DNA of 51,905 nt from an uncultured Rikenella sp. (lineage in GTDB: Bacteria; Bacteroidota; Bacteroidia; Bacteroidales; Rikenellaceae). Made by a program: the position numbers and the translations under genes. The notes beneath the pieces were generated by a model. That model worked only from the letters and a program-made list of their open reading frames with translations, was not told the origin of the DNA and made no database searches. Positions 30,554-38,459 of this stretch are shown in pieces (within the stretch, counting starts at the first letter, position 1; every line of letters starts with the position of its first letter). The stretch covers positions 1 to 51,905 of the forward strand of contig NZ_CANQYJ010000001.1 in assembly GCF_947628055.1 (NCBI RefSeq), read 5' to 3'.

Positions 30554-31513
30554 ATGAAAGAAAAGAGAAACTACTTGATGCTGGTGCTCAAAGGGATCGG
30601 AATGGGCGCCGCCGACGTCATTCCCGGCGTGTCGGGCGGCACGATCGCTTTCATTACGGGGATTTACGAAGAACTGATCGGTTCGATCCGCTCGTTCGAT
30701 CTGACCGCGGTGCGGAAACTGCTCCGGCTCGACCTGAAAGGGTTCTGGAGGCATATCAACGGCGGATTCCTTTTCTCGGTGCTGGCCGGTATCGGCATCT
30801 CCATCTTTTCGCTGGCCAAAGTGATGAAATACCTGCTCGAAACCCACCCCATTTTCGTGTGGGCGTTTTTCTTCGGGCTGATTATCGCTTCGGCGTGGTT
30901 AGTGGCACGCGAGGTGAAGAAATGGAGCGCAGGAACGGTTATCGCTTTGGTGGCCGGAGCTGTGGCGGCTTACTTCATTACCGTCCTCAGTCCCGCCTCG
31001 ACGCCGGATGCGTGGTGGTTTATCGTGCTGTCGGGGGCTGTCGCGATCTGCGCCATGATTCTGCCGGGCATTTCCGGAGCGTTTATTCTTTTGCTGCTGG
31101 GCAAGTATGCCTACATCATCGGGGCGGTGTCCGCGTTCGATATTCCGGTACTGCTGCTGTTCGCCGTGGGGGCCGTGGCGGGGATCATCAGTTTCTCGCA
31201 CCTGCTCTCGTGGCTGCTGGCCAAACACCACGGGATGACGGTGGCTTTGCTGACGGGGTTCATGGTCGGCTCGCTCAACAAGATATGGCCCTGGAAAGAG
31301 ACGTTGGAGACTTATACCGACAGTCACGGGGGGATTCAGCCGCTGGTGGAGCGCAATATCCTGCCGGGCACTTTCGAGCAGATCACGGGGCAGCCGGCAA
31401 TGCTGGGCTGGGCGGTCGTTTTTATGGCAGTCGGGTTCCTGCTGATTTGGGGCATCGAGAAAGTGGCGGCGGTGCTGAGCCGAAGGCGGAGCGAACCTGC
31501 TGCAAGGGAATAG
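30554..31513 (+). CDS. DUF368 family membrane protein (undecaprenyl-phosphate translocase family)
   Basis: GAADVIPGVSGGTIAFITGIY and AMILPGISGA repeated motifs. Confidence 0.9.
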   Translation: MKEKRNYLMLVLKGIGMGAADVIPGVSGGTIAFITGIYEELIGSIRSFDLTAVRKLLRLDLKGFWRHINGGFLFSVLAGIGISIFSLAKVMKYLLETHPIFVWAFFFGLIIASAWLVAREVKKWSAGTVIALVAGAVAAYFITVLSPASTPDAWWFIVLSGAVAICAMILPGISGAFILLLLGKYAYIIGAVSAFDIPVLLLFAVGAVAGIISFSHLLSWLLAKHHGMTVALLTGFMVGSLNKIWPWKETLETYTDSHGGIQPLVERNILPGTFEQITGQPAMLGWAVVFMAVGFLLIWGIEKVAAVLSRRRSEPAARE

Positions 31514-31633
31514 GGCTTATGGCCAGCGATGCCGCTGCATCGCTGGGCCGTTCCGGGGAATCTTCGATGGCCGGGGCGACGGAGCGGTCTGAACTTTCCA
31601 AAGAATAGCTTCGGTTTATCGTAGGGTAGAAAC

Positions 31634-32389
31634 ATGAAAAGATACGGATTGGTCGGTTTCCCGCTGGGGCATTCGTTCTCGGCGGGCTATTTCGCAGATA
31701 AGTTCGCTGCGTCGGGGCTGACGGGGGAGTGTTCGTATGAGAATTTTCCGGTGGAGGGTATAGAAGACCTGAAAACGGTTCTTCCGGCCGGTGTGTGCGG
31801 GTTCAATGTCACCATTCCGCACAAGCGGCATATTCTGCCGCTGCTGGCGGAAATCGATCCGGAGGCGGAAGCTGTCGGGGCGGTGAATTGTGTCAAGGTT
31901 TTGCCGGACGGCTCTTTTAAGGGGTATAACACGGATGTGTACGGTTTCGAGGTGTCGCTGCGGGGGATGCTCCGGACTTTCCCGGGGCCGTTGTCTACTT
32001 TGAAGGCGCTCGTTTTGGGAACGGGGGGGGCGGCGCAGGCGGTGCATTATGTACTCGGAAAGCTCGGCATTCCGTATGTCGAAGTTTCGCGCACGGGCTC
32101 GGACGGGGCTGCGGGGCGGATGGTGTATGCCGAATTGACGCCGGAAATGATGGATGCGCACCGGCTGATTGTCAATACCACGCCGCTGGGGATGCACCCG
32201 AATGTCGGGGCGAAGCCTGCGCTGCTTTATGAGGGTGTCGGCGCGGGGCATTATTTGTTCGATTTGATCTACAATCCGGCTGAAACGGCTTTCTTGCGGG
32301 AGGGGCGTCTGCGTGGGGCATGGGTCAAGTGCGGGCTGGAGATGCTGGTGCTCCAAGCGGAGCGCAGTTGGGAGATATGGAACGGGTAG
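31634..32389 (+). CDS. aroE: Shikimate dehydrogenase
   Basis: HSFS, GFNVTIPHK, GAVN, NTD, GTGGAA, DLIYNP and GLEMLVLQA. Confidence 0.95.
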   Translation: MKRYGLVGFPLGHSFSAGYFADKFAASGLTGECSYENFPVEGIEDLKTVLPAGVCGFNVTIPHKRHILPLLAEIDPEAEAVGAVNCVKVLPDGSFKGYNTDVYGFEVSLRGMLRTFPGPLSTLKALVLGTGGAAQAVHYVLGKLGIPYVEVSRTGSDGAAGRMVYAELTPEMMDAHRLIVNTTPLGMHPNVGAKPALLYEGVGAGHYLFDLIYNPAETAFLREGRLRGAWVKCGLEMLVLQAERSWEIWNG

Positions 32390-32483
32390 GAGGGCGCTTC
32401 CTGTCTCCCACGATCAGATAGTTTAAGGTACTTTTCTCCTCCTCTTTTGAGTTCGCGGGGGACGTGTTGTGACGGGAAAGAGT

Positions 32484-32650
32484 GGTTCGAGTGCCGAGCG
32501 GCACCGGGCCTCCCGTTGGGCGGCATCCGGCCCGCCATCGGGAAGATTCCGGAAGTTATGCCCGGTATTCCATGAGTAGTTGCTGGAAACTGATCGCTTT
32601 GCGTGCCGTAAGGCCCTGCGGGCCGCAGCCTCCCGCAGCGGAGGCCCGCA
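32484..32650. repeat. Fragments of the GTGCCG-ag-CGGCAC repeat family
   Basis: GGTTCGAGTGCCGAGCGGCACC at 32484-32505; 32621-32650 is the reverse complement of about 25066-25095. Confidence 0.7.
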
Positions 32651-32985
32651 AAATGCTCGTTGCGCTCGTTTGCAGTCCCTGCTGGCTCTGGCCCATGTGA
32701 AAATTGTTGGCTTCCCTTCAGGCTACTCGATTTGTCGGGTCGGCCTGCGCGCTCCGGGGGTGGCGATATACACACATCGCACTGTTCGTTCCCGAGTAGT
32801 TCCAGCCCAGCCGGCAGCACCGCGGTTCTTCACAAAAAGCAAAAGCCGCCCCACGGTCTGAGCAAGAAGAGAGAAAAAGCCTCTACCCTACCCCAGCGTA
32901 GGTACGCCCGCAGTCTTACCCCGAAGAAAAATCCCCGCAGCAGAAGCCGCAAAAAAAAAAAAAACGAACAAGTATTCAATCAGTT

Positions 32986-33678
32986 ATGAAATACATTGTG
33001 ATCGGATTAGGGAATTTCGGTTCCGTGTTAGCCACCCGCCTGACCCAGATGGGCCACGAAGTGATCGGCGTCGACGACCACCGCAGCCACGTCGACGAAT
33101 TGCGCGACAGCCTTTCCAGCACCATCTGCATGGACGCCGCCGACCCCGAAGCCCTGAAAGCCCTCCCCTTAGACCAAGTCGACATGGTGATCGTAGCCAT
33201 CGGCGAAAACTTCGCCGCCTCGATCCAGATCGTCGCACAACTGCGTCAGATGAAAATCGCCAACATCGCAGCCCGCGCCTTGAACGAACTGCACCGAACC
33301 GTGCTGCAAGCACTCGGCGTCGAACGGATCATCTTCCCGGAACAGGAAGCCGCCGAAGTGATGGCCCAATCCTTTGAATTGAGCGGCTTCCTCGGCTCCT
33401 ACCGGATAGACAAAGACCACTACGTGATGCGCTTCGCCCTGCCGCCCGCGCTCGACGGCAAAACCATCAGCCAGAGCGAGATCGAACGCGACGGACTGCA
33501 ACTGTTAGCCGTCATCCGCGACAGCGAGACACGCAACTCGATCGGAATCAGACACAACCAGAAACTCGTCCTCGACCCCCTCCCTCCGGAAACCGTCCTG
33601 ACAGCCGGCGACATCATCGTCGTCTACGGCCAGCTTGCCTCCTACAACCAATTTACCCGGAGTTTGCGCGACACTTGA
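32986..33678 (+). CDS. trkA: TrkA/KtrA family potassium uptake regulatory (RCK) subunit
   Basis: VIGLGNFG Rossmann motif, VIVAIGE and IFPE; C-terminal RCK-C domain. Confidence 0.9.
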   Translation: MKYIVIGLGNFGSVLATRLTQMGHEVIGVDDHRSHVDELRDSLSSTICMDAADPEALKALPLDQVDMVIVAIGENFAASIQIVAQLRQMKIANIAARALNELHRTVLQALGVERIIFPEQEAAEVMAQSFELSGFLGSYRIDKDHYVMRFALPPALDGKTISQSEIERDGLQLLAVIRDSETRNSIGIRHNQKLVLDPLPPETVLTAGDIIVVYGQLASYNQFTRSLRDT

Positions 33679-33718
33679 TGCACATTACCGCTTTGCATCT
33701 ATAAAATCCTGCTTTAGC

Positions 33719-33726
33719 TACATTTG
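33719..33726 (+). promoter_or_regulatory. Candidate -7 promoter element for the recombinase
   Basis: TACATTTG with TTTG at 33692-33695; directly followed by TATGCAAAT. Confidence 0.5.
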
Positions 33727-33776
33727 TATGCAAATTCCACTACAATTGCAGCTAAAAGATCAAAGAGGATTTGATA

Positions 33777-35006
33777 ATGTATAAGTATGCGAAAGACGGG
33801 GTGACCGTATCTTCCGTGCTCGATACCCGGCGGGTTAAAAGAAACGGCCATTATCCCGTCAAAATTCAGGTAACCTATAAACGTATCCAGAAATATTACC
33901 CCACCGGCAAAGAGCTGCTGCCGGAAGAGTGGGAGAAACTGCCCCGGGTCAGGAACATCAAATTACTGGAAATCAGACAAGATATCAGCAGCAGTTTCGA
34001 CCTCATCAAAGAACAGGTCCGGGAACTGACCGACAAAGGCGCATTCTCATTCGAGACACTGAGCCAACGGCTGGGTCGGGGAAGCGGCGACACGCTGAAC
34101 AGCGCATTCCGGCACCGGATCGACAGCCTCAGAAACGAGCAGCGGATAGGCAACATGCTGTGGTACGACAACGTCCTTAAGTCCGTCGAACGGTTTTTCC
34201 CCGGACAGACCCCATTGGGAAACGTTACCGTACATTGGCTCAAACGCTACGAAAAATTCCTCCAGTCCGAGAAAAAAAGCCCGGTGACCATCAGCATGCA
34301 CCTGCGCGCCATCCGCGCCATCCTGAACGAAGCCCGCAAAAGCGGCACCCTCAAAGATTCGCAATACCCCTTCGGCAAAGGAAAATTCGAGATACAAGAA
34401 GGCGAAGGGCGGAAAATAGCACTGAACATCAGACAGATCGAGCAGATCGTCAACTACTCCGCCGAGAACCGGCTGACCTCCTACTACCGGGACTTATGGT
34501 TCTTCATCTATCTCTGCAACGGGATCAACGTCGCCGACCTGATCAAGCTGAAATATTCCAATATCATAGACGGCGAGATCTGTTTCGTACGCCAGAAGAC
34601 CGAACGCACAGCCAAGAAGCGCAAAGAGATACGCGCAGTCCTGACCGAACAGATGTACACCATCATCAACCGTTGGGGGAATCCCGTTTCGGAGAGCAAC
34701 TACCTGTTCCCCTTCCTCAACGGCAAAGAGGACGCCATGGAGCTGAAAATCAAGACCCAGAATCTGACCCGAAGGATCAACTGGCATATGAATATCATCG
34801 GCAAAGCCTTGGGAATCGGCAAAATATCGACCTACACGGCCCGGCACTCATTCGCCACGATCCTCAAACGGCGAGGCGCCAATATAATTTACATCTCCGA
34901 ATCGCTGGGCCACAATGACTTAAAAACGACAGCCTGCTACTTAGCGGGATTTGAAAAAGAGGAAAGAGAAAAGAATGCCCATTTACTGACCGACTTCGGT
35001 AAATAA
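33777..35006 (+). CDS. Tyrosine site-specific recombinase (Bacteroidota type: arm-binding, SAM-like and catalytic domains); predicted invertase
   Basis: LDTRR...YPVKI arm-binding domain, RQKT, TYTARHSFAT and SLGH..LKTT..YL catalytic tyrosine region. Confidence 0.92.
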   Translation: MYKYAKDGVTVSSVLDTRRVKRNGHYPVKIQVTYKRIQKYYPTGKELLPEEWEKLPRVRNIKLLEIRQDISSSFDLIKEQVRELTDKGAFSFETLSQRLGRGSGDTLNSAFRHRIDSLRNEQRIGNMLWYDNVLKSVERFFPGQTPLGNVTVHWLKRYEKFLQSEKKSPVTISMHLRAIRAILNEARKSGTLKDSQYPFGKGKFEIQEGEGRKIALNIRQIEQIVNYSAENRLTSYYRDLWFFIYLCNGINVADLIKLKYSNIIDGEICFVRQKTERTAKKRKEIRAVLTEQMYTIINRWGNPVSESNYLFPFLNGKEDAMELKIKTQNLTRRINWHMNIIGKALGIGKISTYTARHSFATILKRRGANIIYISESLGHNDLKTTACYLAGFEKEEREKNAHLLTDFGK

Positions 35007-35043
35007 TTTTATGATTTAGCCCCCCACTTATAAAAACCGAAGA

Positions 35044-35087
35044 TATATGCAAATCGTATGTACACTCGTACATACAATTTACATATA
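35044..35087. promoter_or_regulatory. Imperfect 20-bp-arm palindrome, candidate recombinase accessory (arm-type) sites
   Basis: TATATGCAAATCGTATGTAC-actc-GTACATACAATTTACATATA with 2 mismatches, between the recombinase stop and the left repeat. Confidence 0.5.
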
Positions 35088-35132
35088 ATACTGACATTCA
35101 ATCATATACATCACAAATTCTACAGTACACCT

Positions 35133-35175
35133 ATGCTTTGCAGACAGAGGCAGTCACTGTGACTGCGCTGGGAGG
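35133..35175 (+). repeat. Left 43-bp inverted repeat (predicted inversion site)
   Basis: ATGCTTTGCAGACAGAGGCAGTCACTGTGACTGCGCTGGGAGG is the exact reverse complement of 49513-49555. Confidence 0.93.
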
Positions 35176-38100
35176 CAAAAAACAAGATCGTAAGATCGGT
35201 TATGCAACCACAACCGTGAAAGGCAACGACCTCGCACGAACCAACACCATCAGCCCGATCAATGCCTTGCAGGGGAAAGTCGCAGGTCTGAATATCGGTG
35301 TCAGCGGGTCGTCGGGGTTGACCAGTACGCCGATGGTTACGCTCCGTGGTGCTAAATCATTGACCAAGAACAACTCACCAATCTATGTGATCGACGGGAT
35401 TGTTATGGAAAACGAATACGGCACCAACGGAATGACCAACGAAGGTAATATGTATGGTAACCAGTTGAAGAACCTAAACTCGGCAGACTTCGAATCGGTG
35501 ACGGTGTTGAAAGGGGCCGCTGCAACTTCGCTGTACGGTTCGCGCGGTGCCAACGGTGCCATCGTGATCACCACCAAAGGCGGTAAAGCTCGCAAAGGGA
35601 TCGGCGTTGAAGTGAATTACACGCACGAGTTCTCACAAACCTACGCATCGCCGGTTGCTTTACAGAACGTGTACGGGATGGGGTCGCCGACTAATGGTTT
35701 CGAAGGCGGTATCGATCCGGCTCTCGAATCGACCTCTTCTTCATACATTGGGAGTTCGTTCGGTCCTCGGATGAATGCCGGGATCAACATGCGCCAAGGG
35801 TATAAACTGTGGTCGGATCGTCCGGGGTATGAATATAACCCGATCGAACCGCTCGTTTCGCATCCGGACAACTGGAAAGCTCTGTTCCAGACTGCTAAAC
35901 AGGATAACGTCAGCGTAGCCTTGACCGGTGGGTCAGAAAAAGCGACCTATCGTTTGTCGTATTCGTACACCAACATGAACGGTGCGCTGCCGAACAACTC
36001 GTTCGACCGTCACTCGGTGAATTTCCGCACCAACGGTAAAATCAACGATGTCTTCTCGGTGGATTTCAGTATGCAGTACTCGAATTCTAATACCTTGAAT
36101 GCTCACTATATCGACGGTTACTCTCAAGGGTCCAGTTTCTTGAATCAAGTGGCTGTTCAATTGGCACGTAATACCGACCTGCGTTGGTTCCGTGACAACT
36201 ACATCGACTATAGTAATTGGGAACGGATGGTGGCCGACGGTGTCAGCGGCGCTTTGACTTCGTTGCAAAACACATTGAACAGATTCGTCGATAACAATCT
36301 GGAACACACCGAACAGACCATTATCTCTCGTTTGGCGTTGAATGCTCAGCTGACCGATTGGTTGGACGCCAGTGCAAGTATTTCGTACAATTATTATACT
36401 GAAAATAACGAAACCAAGAACTGGGGCTCGGAAAAATACCGGATGGGCAGTGGTAACAAATATGCCATCAACGGCAAAAACTGGGGTAAATACAACTCTT
36501 TGATTACTCTGCACAGCAACAATCGGTTCCTCGATGACAATTTGGAACTGGACGTTCGTTTGATCAACGAAATCTACGGGAATCAAGCCGGCGCATCTTA
36601 CAAACGCGAAACCGAAGGCGGAATGAAAGTGCCGGGGTTATGGTCGTTCGCCAATACACAGAACCCGATTACAGTCGATAACCTCAACGCTAATTGGAAC
36701 CGTCGGAATAATATGGTTGTCGGTTTGGGCGGTGTGATCAATCTCTCTTGGAAAGACCAGATCAACCTCGAAGTGACGGGACGTAACGACTGGATCTCGT
36801 CGTTGCTCTATCCTAATTTCATGTTGAACGAAGGCGCTCATGACAACTACTCGGTATTCTATCCATCAGTGAACCTGTCGTGGGTATTCTCCGACACGTT
36901 CCATATCGATCCGAATGTCATTTCTTTCGGTAAATTGCGTGCATCGTGGGGACAAGTAGGTTCCGGTACCAGTGCTTATGCAACAGCTGACGGTGCGGGT
37001 GGTTATGAGATCAAATCCAAACCGAGTATTACCGGTGAAACCCTCTTTATGGCCAGTCCGAACGACAAGACGCTGCCGAACTACGATCTGAAACCGGAAA
37101 TCCAGCAATCTATGGAATTCGGAGCCGACATCCGTTTCTTGAACGGTGCGATTGGCGTAGATGTAGCTTATTACAAGATCAACACCAAGAACCAAATCTT
37201 GACCTTACCAGCCATTAAGGAATCAGGGGTGGAAGAAATGTTGATCAATGCCGGTAATATCCAGAATCAAGGGTGGGAAATCAGTTTGGACTTCCGTCCG
37301 ATTCAGACCAATACGGTACGGTGGGACATCGGTCTGCTCTGGAGCCGCAATCGCGGTAAGATCAAAGAGCTACACCCGAATGTAAAACAACAGATTTTCT
37401 ACAGAGGAGGGGCTTCAATGACCCCGTCCATCGTCGCTTTCGAAGGCGGTGCGTTCGGGCAGATCGTAGCCGGGAACGGTGACTTCGGGACTACTCGTAC
37501 ACAGGCTTACTTCTATGACAACGAAAATCCGAACAACCCGTTGAATGGCAAGAAAGCCTTGCGTTTTGTGAATGATTTCGGGGGACAAGCTGTTAGTTTG
37601 TGGCAAACGAACAACAACATGCCGGGCCGCAACAAAGACAAGGACGGCAAATGGTACGGCAACTACTACAATGCAGACCATACGTATGACGTATTGGGTA
37701 ATGTAGAAGCCGATTTCAATGCTTCGTTTACAACGAACTTGATGGTGAACCTGCCGAACAACAGCGGTTCGTTGGATTTCTTCGCTCAGATCGACGGTCG
37801 CGTCGGCGGCAATATGATCTCAGCCAACTATGCCAATGCACTGTCTTCCGGTAACCTGAAAAGTACATTGTATGGCCGTGACAAAGAACACGGAGGTATC
37901 GAACGAGTCAATTACAAAGGGGAAACGGTTTATAACGGGATGATTCTCGACGGGGTTTACGCCGGGAAAAACGCAATGATTGTCAAGACGCTGAACGGGC
38001 AGGGCTCTTATACGGATTCTAAGGGCGAAGTACATATCGGCGAAGTCGATCTGCGCGGCATGACCATGCAACAGGCGATCGATGCAGGTTATATTGCCCC

Positions 38101-38431
38101 GATGCTTAGCTCTACCTATTACAATGCACAATATGCTTGGATCGGTGGCGAATTGAACTTCCCGACTCAAGATTTGGTACATGAGTATACTTATTTGGCC
38201 TTGCGCGAAATCACCCTCGGTTATAATTTCCCGCAGAAGTGGATTAAACACGTAGGGCTGCAGGATGTACGTATCTCGTTCTCGGCACGTAACATCTGTT
38301 ACTTGTATAACTCATTGCCCGACCGCATGAATCCTGAGTCCATGTCGTCGTCAAACCCGCTGGTTCCGGTCGATTGGGGTGGAGTGCCGTTCTCTCGGAA
38401 CTTCTCGATCAACTTGAACTTGAGATTCTAA
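35138..38431 (+). CDS. SusC/RagA family TonB-dependent transporter, 5'-truncated (silent) cassette
   Basis: VLKGAAATSLYGSRGANGAIVITTK plug motif and C-terminal LNLRF; begins at the TonB-box region with no signal peptide or in-frame ATG at the 5' end. Confidence 0.9.
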   Translation: MQTEAVTVTALGGKKQDRKIGYATTTVKGNDLARTNTISPINALQGKVAGLNIGVSGSSGLTSTPMVTLRGAKSLTKNNSPIYVIDGIVMENEYGTNGMTNEGNMYGNQLKNLNSADFESVTVLKGAAATSLYGSRGANGAIVITTKGGKARKGIGVEVNYTHEFSQTYASPVALQNVYGMGSPTNGFEGGIDPALESTSSSYIGSSFGPRMNAGINMRQGYKLWSDRPGYEYNPIEPLVSHPDNWKALFQTAKQDNVSVALTGGSEKATYRLSYSYTNMNGALPNNSFDRHSVNFRTNGKINDVFSVDFSMQYSNSNTLNAHYIDGYSQGSSFLNQVAVQLARNTDLRWFRDNYIDYSNWERMVADGVSGALTSLQNTLNRFVDNNLEHTEQTIISRLALNAQLTDWLDASASISYNYYTENNETKNWGSEKYRMGSGNKYAINGKNWGKYNSLITLHSNNRFLDDNLELDVRLINEIYGNQAGASYKRETEGGMKVPGLWSFANTQNPITVDNLNANWNRRNNMVVGLGGVINLSWKDQINLEVTGRNDWISSLLYPNFMLNEGAHDNYSVFYPSVNLSWVFSDTFHIDPNVISFGKLRASWGQVGSGTSAYATADGAGGYEIKSKPSITGETLFMASPNDKTLPNYDLKPEIQQSMEFGADIRFLNGAIGVDVAYYKINTKNQILTLPAIKESGVEEMLINAGNIQNQGWEISLDFRPIQTNTVRWDIGLLWSRNRGKIKELHPNVKQQIFYRGGASMTPSIVAFEGGAFGQIVAGNGDFGTTRTQAYFYDNENPNNPLNGKKALRFVNDFGGQAVSLWQTNNNMPGRNKDKDGKWYGNYYNADHTYDVLGNVEADFNASFTTNLMVNLPNNSGSLDFFAQIDGRVGGNMISANYANALSSGNLKSTLYGRDKEHGGIERVNYKGETVYNGMILDGVYAGKNAMIVKTLNGQGSYTDSKGEVHIGEVDLRGMTMQQAIDAGYIAPMLSSTYYNAQYAWIGGELNFPTQDLVHEYTYLALREITLGYNFPQKWIKHVGLQDVRISFSARNICYLYNSLPDRMNPESMSSSNPLVPVDWGGVPFSRNFSINLNLRF

Positions 38432-38459
38432 CCGTACTTAAATCCTAAACAAGTCATTT

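Noticed and set aside
32484-32505. tRNA suggested by GGTTCGAG
   Set aside because: No cloverleaf or acceptor stem; the motif belongs to the GTGCCG-ag-CGGCAC repeat.
35138-38431. Simple susC pseudogene
   Set aside because: The frame is intact for 1097 codons and the truncation coincides exactly with the shared inverted repeat, which fits a silent cassette better.
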